Assembly (NCBI GenBank): GCA_038496445.1
Contig: JALMLS010000277.1
Coordinates: 1 to 64,000 of the forward strand
Reading direction: 5' to 3'
DNA: 64,000 bases
Source of the DNA: Trichosphaerium sp. ATCC 40318
Lineage: Eukaryota > Protista > Tubulinea
Part shown: piece after piece, positions 24,498 to 45,757 of the stretch
Layout of the letters: each line of letters starts with the position of its first letter
How positions within the stretch are numbered: position 1 is the stretch's first letter
The notes under the pieces: generated by a model
Databases searched by the model: none
Told to the model about the DNA's origin: nothing
The model's input: only the letters and a program-made list of their open reading frames with translations
Made by a program: the position numbers and the translations under genes

Positions 24498-26138
24498 TCA
24501 CCACGGAAAATCAGAGCTACTGGCATTACCTCCAGTGTCCTTTTTTCCATACCATTCTGTGTCACTTTTTTTCCCTTCAACACTTTCTATCTTTTCAAGC
24601 GCTTTCTGCATTGGATCTCCTTCAGTCTTTTCTGATACAAGTCCGTCAATCTCAAGAGCTTGCTTGTGCTGGAATCTATCAAATATAGGAACCACTCTAG
24701 AAACCTACAATAGCAAAGTCAGAGGCCAAAGAGAAATCAAACTATTATATTTTGAAAGCTAAATACAAAGTTGCTGTTCTTCTGCGACACGTACTTTTAG
24801 TACAAGCTTCTCTACCTTTGTGGCGTAAATAGTATCGATTTCTTTGTTAATTTTATAAGCTGCTTTTCCTTCATACTCACCGTCGGTCTACAGATACGAG
24901 TAAGACAAAAAGATTCAATGCCAAAAAAAAAACCCAACAAAATAGTTTTCTGTTTACCGTCACTTTGTCTATGACTTTACTCTTACGGCCTTTAAACCAA
25001 TCAACATAGAATAATAGTTTATCAACTTCTTCCATGTACTGTCTTTCACGCCATGATTTAACAGCAAGTATAGATATAAGTATAGACTCAGCCAAGTTAT
25101 GAACACCATAGTAATAATTATTAAACCTAAAAAAACCGCCTTAGTTTAGATTTAAATATCTTATCCTTACCGTGTCTTAGGGAACTCAAATCCGTCATAC
25201 TGCTGCTCAACAAAATCCAATACAGCGTCCTTTATACGTTCATCACGTGCTCTTTTTCTTATTCCAAAGTATGAATACGCAGATCTCTGAGGGATAAATA
25301 CAGGGCTAAATAAAGTGAGCTTATCAACTCATCTTGCGCACGTGTGCAAGCACACGCTGTAAAAAAAAAAATGATATTGACATGACGTACTCAGATCCAA
25401 AAACATCTCTACATGCATAAGCTGTCACTGAGGCTATGCTTTGTCTATCAAAGAGTACTGTTATATTTGTTTGTCCAGAGTACATCAGAGAAATGTCACA
25501 AAAACCGCAAGCCCATTTCTATTGTTTGATTTTAGTTTAGAAATAGGTTTGTTCGCTCATTTAGAATGTGTAGAAGTCAACGTACAGGTGTTTCTGTTTC
25601 TACAGGATTCTCTTCTTCAACGATTTGTTTTTCTTGCTTGAGATTTGCCATTATTGCGTCTACTGTATGGAAAACAGTTGATTTGGCTTCCACGTCTACT
25701 GTACCGCATTTTAGAATATCTCCTGCAGAAATCTGGTTAGTTGGCGTAAAAACCACAGTAAACACCGCAACACGCATTTACCTGTCTTTGCATTAAGCAT
25801 ACTGAACCCAGTATTTCTTTTTGCAGGATCTGTAGCAATTAACTTGTCACCGTTACAAAATAGGCGTACAAATGCCCAGTACGAAATCTAACTGGCTATC
25901 AAGGTCTTTTAACTCGGTTGCGAGCCTGTCTTCAATGTCCTTGCGTTTTATTTCCCTTTGTTATGTTAAATGCGTTTTATGTGCGTATGTACGATGATCC
26001 ATCTGCTATTGTAACGTCTCGTTTCCGTTTGGGTTTCTTTCCCACTGGAGGGCCTGAATCGCCACCTAACCATTTGTGTTTGTACCTAATGATAGGTGGC
26101 TTCCTCACAGAGCGTGGGCGACGCGCAATGCGCAACAT
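24498..26138 (-). CDS. RuvC/Cce1-like (RNase H fold) protein with putative mitochondrial presequence; catalytic residues degenerate
   Basis: MLRIARRPRSVRK start; FVLGI[Y/D]PAKRNTGFS...GDILKCGTV; PVFIPQRSAYSYFGIRK...IKDAVLDFV; HNLAESILISILA in the position of RuvC DAADALAIA. Confidence 0.65.
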
Positions 26139-26357
26139 GAGTGTGTCAGCGAATAATTTTTACCTGTGTCAAATCTGGTCAGTTTTTGGTATAAGCTTGA
26201 GACGGCAACTCTCGCCCTATCTTGGTGTATACGTCAATATACACCACCTTGTGTAGCCCAATGAGTGCTTAAGCCAACCAAAGTAAGCACGCGTTCTTCT
26301 TAATTCGGTTCATTCTTTCCTTAATTGTATTCCTTATCAACTAGCCTTACCCAATTG

Positions 26358-29300
26358 ATGCGACAAAGTCGTGTGCCTATGATTGTAGGATATATTTTGA
26401 TCATTTTGGGTACATTGGATACATTTTTTAGACTATTACAGGTTATAACGTAAGTGATAGGTATTTTAAGCTGTACTGAAGCCCACGATGATTTTTACGG
26501 TCACAAACATGGTATTTTGTTATACGGGCATACAGTTGGCTATAACTAGCGTTAGGTGGACATGGATTTCTATGTGGTAGAGATATAACACATCAGCCAC
26601 AAGTAGAACCTTTACCGGCTGATGCTTTTGACCACACCCGTCAAAAACGGTTCGTGGATAGTGTGGCAACCCCTATACACTAAATATATATGTTTTTACA
26701 ATGTTCTAACAAAAGGGTAGTGACGTAGAGGCGTTAGGTGACACGCATACGCGTATACTACCTGTTTACGGTGAAAACATGCAAAAGGTAACTAGCCAGA
26801 CAACTTTTTTGTAATAGCTATTAACAAGGCGCCACTAGGACATGTATGCACCATACCGAGCAGCGATGGAGCTAGTATTCGAAACGTTGGTACGTATTTA
26901 GCAGCAATCGTTGCCTTGACCTAGCGGCTAACCAAATAACGCATAGAACGAGCTATTGCTTAACGACGTTGATGTTTTCATTGAGTGCGAAATTGGAACT
27001 GTTGAGGAGTTCGCAGAACGTCCGAATAGCATTGCATACACGCGCAATAAAAACTTTAATTTTAACGGAGGTTTTACAAGAGGGTAAGGAGACAAAGAAT
27101 CCAAAAAAAAAACCAGAAAGTTTTTTAGAGCTCTAAACTTGTTGTAGTGCTGAATTTTTGTCTTTTCTACATGGTGGACCGTTCCCTGGGCTTGAGCAAA
27201 TCAATGCAGAAGGTGCACCAGGGAATTTAACGCATTTGGTGGCTACACACGCACAATTCCTTGTACGCTGTTTTACTAGTCAATGAATGATTTCCTAATT
27301 TAAATAGGCGTATGGAGCTAAACTTCCTGGCTCCTCAGCTCGTATAGTCTTAAATCCGATTAAAAAATTTGATTTGGATTTAACAGATGGCATTGTACGT
27401 TTAAACATGCGAATATAAACTGGCGTACAAGGTAACTAATAAGATCATAGGATGGTACAGTATTCTTACCAACAATGATACATGAAGTTGGACACATGCT
27501 TGGTTTCACAAGCATTGTTGATGCTGGTGCGTTTGGTTTTTTTGTACTGGTATTGTTTGTTGGTTTGTTCGCCTTTGTTTTTTGAAACTTTCTTACAAAC
27601 AAGAATAGTGCAATGACTATTATTTTTCTAGATTTTTTGTGTCACGTGAGCCAGTTAAAAATAGTGTTTTTAGTCTTTTTGTTCTTGAAAAAGTGTCTTT
27701 TTTGCTTGTACTTATTGGTTGTTTCTAGTCGAAGTTATAGAAGCAACTCCACAACCATGGGGAGTTTTTGTACTCGATATGTATAGAATGCAACCTATAC
27801 CATCTGGGGAACGTGTTAATTTTACATCAGCCACCAGAGAATTGCGCGTTGGTATGTACTAAGCTGTTAGTTGGATTGTTTCTGACAATAGTTAATTAGG
27901 TCAAACTGCTAGATATTATAATACAACTGGCGATGCATTTGCTCTTTTCTCTACAGGATTTAAGGGAGATGGTCGCCAAGCATCACATTGGAAAGATGAC
28001 ATGCTTTTAGGTAAATTTTTTGAAGATGTCGTTGTTTTTTTCTTAAATCTTTCTTACCTTTCAAAAAGGTATCATGGACCCTTCATTAAACCAAAATGAA
28101 TACATGTCAATAACAAGAACTGATATGGAAGCATTTAAAAATCTTGGTTGGAAGATCAACCGTGAGTAGTTAGTTACAACAATGCCTTTGATTATTAACT
28201 TTTTTACAGAAAACCCAAAACCATTCTTTAATGGTATCCTCACCTCTAGTGGGTTAGTAGGAACACAAATCACTTGCCTTGGCTTTTATTTCTTAGATGA
28301 CCCAGTCATGTGTACATTTGTTTCTACAACAGAAGCACTTAGTATCACTGTACCTCCTACTATCATTGCACCTGCCCGATCAATGCTTGTACGATTTTGT
28401 TTTTCTGTCATTCAAAGCAGCTTTCTTTTGGTTTTGACTTTATTTCTCAGCGTTGTGCTATACCAGATGTAGCTGCTGGTAAGTATAGTGTTTACCTCAC
28501 AGTACGTGGTGTAAATACAAAAGCAAGACCATTCGAAATACTGAGAGCTCCACCTCCAACAACCCAAGCTCCTAAAACAACTGAAGCTCCAACAACTAAG
28601 GCCCCTACTGAAGCTCCTACAACTGAAGCTCCTACAACGATTTCTCCTACTACTGAATCACCAACTACAAGTGCTCCTACACGTAAATCAAATCATTATA
28701 CTCCTTTAAGAGGATTAGCCTTGAGTCTTAAGATATGCGAGAAAGCAGATAAAGTAGTCAACTTTCTGTCAAGTACGACTTTCTTTTTTGCTTTGTTTTT
28801 GCAGTAGAGGCACGCTTTGTACTTCATGCGCCTTTATTGGGTGAAAGAATACGCATCATCACAAATCGTAGAATGAATAATAGTTTTAAGGCATTCCAGC
28901 ATGCTGAGCTTTAACAAGTTTTTTTCACTTATTTGCTTTAGAGTTGAGTGGTATCGCAGCAGACTTGATAAAAGTTTTACGCGATGAATGTACTGAAGAT
29001 AACTCTTCAAATTCTCGAATTCTTGTTGTTATCAATGCTGATAGCCCAGAAAAAGAGCTAGAAGCTCTTTATAAATTATCTGAAGAAGTTTCATGTACGT
29101 CTAACCCTCTTCTCCTTCATGTGCCTTCTGTCTTGATTTGACTAATATTTTTTGTTTATAAATAGCTCTTCCAGAAGATAGTAGCGATATTAAAGTAGCT
29201 AGCGCAACGGTAGTCACACTATCAAATGTAGAAGCTACTGAGGCAAGCAAGAAAGGATTTTTTGATAAAACGAAAGATTTTGCTACACATAAGTATACAC

Positions 29301-30021
29301 GCTATGTTTTACCAGCAATTGGTCTTGCTCTATGTACGTTTCATGTTAATTTAATAGTATCCTTTCAAAAAAAAAATGGTGGCCCTTCACGGCCAGAAAA
29401 AAACCTTCATTGCTCAGAACGTTTATTTTCTCATAATTTTCTTGTCCAACATTTTGCAATGACACACACGTGTCATCCAAAAAACTGTTTGGATCCATAT
29501 TTTTGTAAAATATTATGCTATGTATTTAGAAATGCTTAACGCCCCACTAGTTTATTAACCATTTATTATTAGTGATCATTATAATCGTTAGTATTGTCAT
29601 TTGCGTGTGTTTATATAAAAGACACAAACGTAAACAAAGAAATGACCCAGAGGCATACTTTGAGCGTACAGGTCAACTTAATCTATCTCATCGTCGCGCT
29701 ACGGCAGTAGAGAGTGATGTTGACGTTTCTTACCATGAACTTACATTACAGAATAGTTCGTCCACAAACACAACAGGTGTTTCATTAGATCTTTCTGGAA
29801 GTAGTGCGTACTCCCTTTTTTTTTCAAAAAAGACAGTCATCTCACCACAAATCCATCTTATGTTTTTTTAACACCTCACTTGCTTACTTTTTGTTTGACT
29901 GTTTGTTGTGTTTTTTCTGTTTACTGACTCGTTTATAATAGGCAGGTTGCTTTCTAGAGACTTACCCCCAGTACCAGATTCTGGACGCGTATTGCCTGTT
30001 CAGCCATTAGATATGGCTTAA
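26358..30021 (+). CDS. Type I membrane zinc metalloprotease: NF038122(LGF)-like domain - Ig/TIG-like - Pro/Thr stalk - TM - cytoplasmic tail
   Basis: Signal-like N-terminus; HEVGHMLGFTSIVD at 27481, LDMYR, FSTGFKGDGRQASHWKDD, GIMDPS, ITRTDMEAFKNLGW; TTEAP repeats; TM AIGLALLIIIIVSIVICVCLY-KRHKRK. Confidence 0.8.
28548..28684 (+). repeat. Mucin-like PTTEA repeat stalk
   Basis: APPPTTQAPKTTEAPTTKAPTEAPTTEAPTTISPTTESPTTSAPT. Confidence 0.85.
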
Positions 30022-30441
30022 AACAACTAGACACTGTAATAATAAACTCACAATAACACTAACAACTGTAACGCAACTACAAACCAAACTACGTAGCCAC
30101 GGTACCCAAATTTGGACTTGTTAAAACGCGCCGAGCTTTGTTATGATCCAACCACGTAATTACTTAATTTTTTTCTGTTTTCGGGTGAAACACGTGAAAG
30201 AATAAAGTTCGACAAATATTTGGGTTTTTTTTCACGACGTTTCACGAGATTACGACTTTCTCAGCGTCTCTTTTTTAATTGTATAGGGCCTTTTATAACG
30301 TACTGGTTGCTCATAGAGAAAGTGAGCAGATATGGCGCTAGGTCAAAGTCAACTCGCATCATTCAATTTTTTCACTGAAAAAAACCTGCAGTTGTTCTTA
30401 TTTGGCTGTAGTATTTCGTCAAATCGCACACCATTAGCACA

Positions 30442-33343
30442 ATGACCGAAGGACCCCCTAAGAAAAAGCGTAAGGTAGCTAAGAGTAAAACTTGTGTCAG
30501 ATGTAGGCAACACCATGCGAAATGCAGCGGAGGTACGCCAATCGTTTGTTTTTACACAGGAACAGCGAATAAGCGTATTAATTAGACTATCCTTGCAATC
30601 TTTGCTCCAAGAATAATGTACCGTGTATTTACATAGCCCCAAAGAAGCGTGGACCACCACGAGGTACATTCCACAACGTTTTCGACATCCTAGCTGGCAC
30701 AGAAAAACAAATTTGTATTGAATCTTCTTTGTCACATCGTATGCCTTCAGGCATCTAAACTGATACAAGGGTATCGCTTAAAGTATACAGAGAAGATACA
30801 AGAGCTTGAGGCTAAGATATTACAACAACAGGAAGAGTTGGAACTGTTACGATCAACAACACAATCAAATGCCTACCTTTCCTCTCAAGCATTATCAACA
30901 TCAAATGTAGGCGTTCGAATGGTACGACAGCACAAAAAAACCCAACAAGATTGTGTCAACAAAAACGCTTGATAGTCACGTGTTAGCCATGCTATGTTGC
31001 TTACATGTCGTCTTAGATTAACGCCTCAGTTGTATTTGCATATGTTGATAGACTGTACAGTGAGAGATTTATCATTCCTCCTGACATCTCGAGGGCACCA
31101 CTTGGAACAAGTACAGCAGGATTTTGTTGAATTTGTTCGGAGACTAACTTTGTATTTTTTTCCTTTAAAGTTTCTCCAGATTCTTTTCAAGCATACGCAG
31201 CAGCTGCTTTTGGTGCTTATGTATCTGGTGAGACAGTTCAGAAACAACAACTGGAAAATATTGCGAAACGATATAGTAGAGAGTTAAAAACATTAAATAC
31301 TCCAACAGTTGCAGGTATAGGATTATTATCCCATCTTCTTTATGCTTACCTTAAAATACTAGGTGCAAATGCAATGCTTGGTATGTTTATGTTTTGTGAA
31401 TCTTCATTTACAGAGTCACAACACTATACGAAATTAGCGGGACAACAAATCCACCAGTGTCGGAACAACTACAGTATGACAAACTTTCAAGTTCAGCTTT
31501 AACAGTGCAATAGGTGTTGCTTCAAAGTCTGAAAAATTAGTTCACCACGTGGTTCTTTTTCAACAAATCAAGTATCAATGTGGCGAAGCACTTTTAAATA
31601 CTGTAAAAGAAATGTGTAGCAACATTCTTGTATCATGCCAAGGTATCCAAAACCATTTTTTTTTTAAACAAAAACACTTGTTTACTTTTTTATAGGCAAC
31701 ACAGGAAGCCTGTCTTTTCTCGACAAAGAAATTCTTTCAAAGTGTTTACTATCCCAAGTAATACGTAAGGTACGTAAAAACGAGGAAGACATCTCATTGG
31801 GTACAGTAGGAAGTAGGGGAATATGTAGAGAAGTCAAAACACTCGGGTTAATTTTTTAACCTAAAAAAGCCATTCTTTCTTTTCAATGAAATTAACACCT
31901 ACGTAAAGGTTGATGGAGCTAGACTTGCAAGGATAGAGTTGACAGCATCTCAAAAAACAAATATTCTGGTACGACACGTGATAAAACTTTAAAAAAATGC
32001 TAAGCAAAAACAACGGAATTCGACTTAACGTTTTTCTTAGCTTAGAATATCTCAAGTACAATCAATGATAACAAACTTGACAAGTTTACATGTCAAAGCA
32101 ATGATAACAGTGGCTAAGGCAAAATTCCACCTTATATGCGGAGATAGAAGCGCTGCTTATAACGTACATAAATCACCAAACAATCACGTGATAACGAAAA
32201 TATTTAGATGGCTTGTGAAAGTTTGGAACTAATGCTTAAAAACAATTTAACTTCTTTGTGTGATTGTAATATTGTTAAGTTACTTCTTGAGGTACATTGC
32301 TACAACAGAGTATCCGTGATAGGCTTAATAGACTTTAGTTATTCGCAGCTATTGATGCACCTCATGAGTTTATACAGTGCACAGAATACAACAAAAGACT
32401 AACCAAAAGGTACGAGGATTTTTTAATACTTGAATTCCATGAATTCGTTGAGAAATAGGCTGTCTCGTAAACTGTGATCTATCGTTTGGTAGGCAAGACT
32501 TGAATTATTCAAACGACACTTTACGAGACCTGCTATTTCTCAATTCGTGATATCAAATAATCTTAAGATCCGCTAAAACGGTTATAGGTGGAATTGTGCT
32601 GCTACTTTTTGCAAGGTACATGAAGTTTAACAAAGAGCTCATTTTAAGATATGTAACATTCAGTTTGCTGATATGATCTCTCATAGATACTACAACGTAT
32701 AATGCTGATGCATAAAAACATGAACGATGAAAGCAATGCCTCTATACCAGTTGTACAAAAATTGAAAATAGGCTTAAACCCAAACGCAATAATGGAAGCT
32801 AAAAAGATAGCAGCTATGCTCATTAAGCTACAATCCGAGGGTCACACAGTATTACTATCAGACTCTTCATTTAATGACCACGGGTTTAAACTTGACAACT
32901 TAAAAGTTGTTAAGAACAGTCTGATTCTTCCTTATGGTGGTAAATTTATGCAAGCTTTTGAGGAAGGACGACAACCAACAGATCCACCTGTGTCTCAAAG
33001 GTTATTGATTGGGCCTCTTGAATCCGTTCAAAGAGTCCCTAAGAGATCTATTGAGCAACCATCAGAAGAGATGTACAGCCAACAAGCCCCAGGTTCATTG
33101 TTTCAACAAGAAGAAACGCTATCGCATCATCAAGTTCAAAATGCTCCTTCGGTTATATCAAGTACTTTCAACATGCCTGGTAACTCAGAATTTCCTCCTA
33201 TTGAAGCACCAATGAGTATAAACTACTTGAATGGTAATGAACTTGAGTACAATCAGCAAGTTGATGATGAAAGTTCATTTACAGCTGACACTTTTACTAT
33301 GCCTTCTCTTCTACCTGATATGGATTTTCCTAACATAGATTGA
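30442..33343 (+). CDS. Zn(II)2Cys6 binuclear-cluster transcription factor
   Basis: NLS PPKKKRKV; CVRCRQHHAKCSG|DYPCNLCSKNNVPC (C-X2-C-X6-C-X5-C-X2-C-X6-C), KKRGPPRG linker, coiled coil IQELEAKI, acidic C-terminus. Confidence 0.88.
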
Positions 33344-33709
33344 CCGGAAAGTACACCCAAGTTGTTGACAAAACCCATGTAAAAATAAAACACTATACTC
33401 TTTGAAACGTGACAAAACTCAAAGAAAGCTTATTTATTGAGTACCTTAATCAGCGATCCTATGTTGTCTGCGTTTTAGGGAGCTTGAACAAGAGCATGTT
33501 CTATTTAATTCTCCAGCAGCTGATCATAGCAGATTAGGCTAGGTTTGGTAATTATGGTGCTGGCAAAGTGTTTAGTCATGATTGTCATTTAGAGTATCTC
33601 TATTACAGTAACTGAACAAAGGTGGCAAAACGAATCCTTTATTAACAGAGCATCAAAAGAAGGTCTGCAAATACTGTTACGTGTTGGGCAACAAAGGGTG
33701 AATGCTTAA

Positions 33710-34346
33710 TTAAGTGCTTGGAGCAACATTCTTTACTCTTTTATCATTGACGTACATACATTCGTATCGCAACTTACCTTGTTTATTCCACTTCTTATAC
33801 TCTCCATTTAGTTTATCATAAACATAGTTTCGTTTCTCAGATAGTTGACCATTGTCAAACCAAATCAAGTACTGTCCATTTCTTTTACCTTTTAAGTAGT
33901 TACAATGCACTGACAGCTCACCATTAAAATGCCAACGTTTGAACTCTCCTTCAGGCATATCATTGACATAGTTATTGTGATAATGAAGTTTGCCACTGCC
34001 ATACCAATGTTTAAACTCTCCGTGACGTTGACCATGATTCCAATTCTCTAGTGATACAATTTGCCACCCTGAGTCTGTTAAAACTGTTTGTTTTTTCTTC
34101 ATCCATTTTCCATGTTTCTTCAAATCGTGGTCAAACCTTGTTGTTACTGCTGTTTGTTTCGATAACAATGGCCAGTTTAAATAAACCTCAAAGTCTAAAT
34201 CTATTATATTTAGGGTTATCTCAACTGGAAGGAGAGATAGTAGGTAACAGACGTCATGTTTTACTGTGTTTGCCTATTTATCGTTGTTAACGCAATGCTG
34301 ACTTTGTTTTTATAACGATAGGTACCTTTTCTAGCTGTGTTGTCAT
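33710..34346 (-). CDS. F-box + MORN-variant (MORN_2/YwqK-like) repeat protein, one 5' intron
   Basis: ATG 34346 MTTQLEK, GTACC..TAG intron, then LLSLLPVEITLNII (F-box-like), then four 24-aa repeats GEFKHWYGSGKL..NY; the ORF track misses the N-terminus. Confidence 0.8.
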
Positions 34347-34671
34347 GATATAGGGTTTAAATAAATGTTTTGTTGTAGTCGTGATTATTTGGGAGAATTC
34401 ATTGATTTGAGTACAGTTTTCAAAAAAAGTGCAATAGTGACAGCATTGTACACTTACATTTTGGTTGTAGATACAAAAATATCACATCAGTTCTTTACTT
34501 GTACAACACTCACTGCAAAGTAAACCTATTGTGGGGATTTAATAATAGGTTGTTTGGCGAGGAAAAGAACGTTTGGTACTGAAACACTTGGAGAAGAAAA
34601 CGTAGAGAGTTTCAAAATGCAACGAAATTTCTGCAGTCCTGTTTTGTATTGTTTATTACACGCGAAAACAC

Positions 34672-36022
34672 ATGGCTGACAAAGAACTTGCTGCTCCACC
34701 TCCAGAGCACTGTCCTGGTACTCAATCAGAGAGGGCTGGTAAAGAATCAGCTTGTGCAGGTTGCCCAAACCAAAAAATATGCGCAAGCGGTAAACCTAAG
34801 GCCCCAGACCCAGGTAATTATTAATTAATTCTTAGTAGGCGATCTAACGTGTGTTAGATATTGCTGTTATACAAGAACGCATGGAGCACATTAAACGCAA
34901 AATTCTAGTGCTCTCTGGCAAAGGTATGCGTCTAATGTAACTTTTGTAATGTTGTATAGGCGGTGTTGGCAAAAGCACGTTTTCATCTCAATTTGCGCTT
35001 CACCTCGCTGGTCAAGACAAAGACGTACAGTTATAGGCTTATTTGTACCCATTACTTATATTTTCACGTCAGGTAGGCCTACTAGACGTAGATATATGCG
35101 GACCAAGCATTCCAACAATACTGGGTTTAACGCGTAAGCTTTTCCGCCAATTTCTCCTTATCTCATTTTTACATAGGCGAAGAAGACATCGTACACCACA
35201 GCGCTACAGGGTGGGAGCCTGTTTACAAGCGCGAGAACCTAGCTGTAATGTCAGTTGGATTTTTGTTAAAGAGCCCTGATGAAGCTGTCATTTGGCGTGG
35301 ACCAAAGAAAAACCGTACGGACAGCACGAGATTTAACGTTTTGAGCTTATGTTCAACAGAGATGATAAAAAACTTCTTAAAAGATGTCACATGGGATGAA
35401 CTAGATTACTTGATAGTCGATACACCTCCTGGCACTTCAGATGAGCATATATCAATCTGTTCGTATTTGGTACGCGAGAGATGAAGTGTAATGGTTCTAA
35501 CAACGCTTTGTTTAGAAAAAAGCAAAAATTGATGGTGCTGTATTGATCACTACGCCTCAAGAAGTTGCGTTGATGGATGTAAGAAAAGAAATATCATTTT
35601 GCCGAAAAGTTGGGATAAACATCATCGGTGTTGTTGAGAATATGAGCGGATTTGTTTGTCCTAAGTGTAACACTGAGACTCAGATCTTTGCACCAACAAC
35701 AGGCGGCGCTAAAGCTCTTTGTGAAGAGCTAGACTTAACGTTTCTTGGTACAAACTTGGTTTGATTGAAAGCGGAGAAATTTTATTTTTTTTATTGTTTT
35801 GTAGTTGACATGACATATTTATTTTGACGTTTTGTTGTAGGTGCCATACCAATAGACCCTTATGTGGCACGGGCATGCGATGAAGGAAAATCGTACCTTG
35901 AACTTTATCCAGACTCAGCGTCTGCTAAAGCATTCTGCGAGATAATAGAAAGTGCGTGTAAAACTATCCGTGACGTATTCTTACATTCTTTAGAAATTAC
36001 GGAGAACGTAGAAAAGTTATGA
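34672..36022 (+). CDS. NUBP1: Cytosolic Fe-S cluster assembly factor NUBP1/Nbp35 (9 exons)
   Basis: [77 protein letters not shown]. Confidence 0.96.
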
Positions 36023-36283
36023 AAAAATCTGGATGCGAAATCCATAAAAAAAAGTGTCCTTGTAACTGTACATAAAAGCACTTGTGTATACCTTTTTTGG
36101 TGACGGTGGTTTTTTGTGATTTTTATTTTGAAAATCACTTATTCTGATATTCTCGGGTGGTGAAACTCACTAATTTTCTTGTGTTTTCTCCTTTTTTTTC
36201 AAGCGGGAAAAACGTGGTTGCCTCACGTCTATCTACCCTAGCATCTGTATAAAGCCATAACCACCTTCTCGCCTTCAAAAATC

Positions 36284-44944
<8,661 letters not shown>

Positions 44945-45757
44945 AAAAAAAGAAATTCTTCAAAAAACAAAATGCATTTTGATCGGTCTCACTGGCCAAA
45001 ACAGGATTTGTAAATAGCCCAAATAAACAATTTTTCAACAAAAAACTTAGTATGTGGTATTTTTTGTTTGGTATACAAGTTGTAGCGCCCTAATATTTTT
45101 ATATTGCAAGACAAAGAAATAAGGTTATTTCACAAAAATCTGTTTAAGCAGCACCTTGTTTTTAAAGGCAGTCTTGTACGTGGTTCGGTATGCAATTATC
45201 GTAAACTCTACAAGGGCTTGCAATTCGCCTGTCACTTGTACCAGAAGTACTGGATTGTAGTGAAATACTACAACGCTAATATCAAGTCACCAAATTATTA
45301 TTACAGCCTCAAGGGCACCATGTTTACCGTAAAAATCACTAATCAATCAACTATATTTACGCTTTAAACAACTTGAGTGGGTAAAGTGACTCTAGAGTAA
45401 GTCCGGAGAATGACGCAGATGAATATGACTACGACAAGTGTCCTGCTATGGATCGTAAGCTTCAACCTGGTGACGTACGATGACACAACGCTTGAAGTAA
45501 ATTCCAGATTGTGTCCCACATTAAACTAATACACTAACTTTTTTTCTTAGATTACTCAACGGAATCCGAAAAACATTGCACTCAGTGAAATGCTTTTTTT
45601 TTTTTTTTTGGGACACGTGCATTGTATGAAATGGATTAGTGATTCAGTTACTACAGTATAAGATAACTGGGCGTTTTATTATAAATTCTTTACACTGCGT
45701 AGTGTTTTATACTCTAATTAAAGTGTTTTCAATAAGTTGCAGTCGAAACTTTGCGTT

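Noticed and set aside
45397-45590. Short spliceable segment DEYDYDKCPAMDRKLQPGD|ITQR faintly like the coilin C-terminus
   Set aside because: No start codon, upstream stops, and too short to support a call
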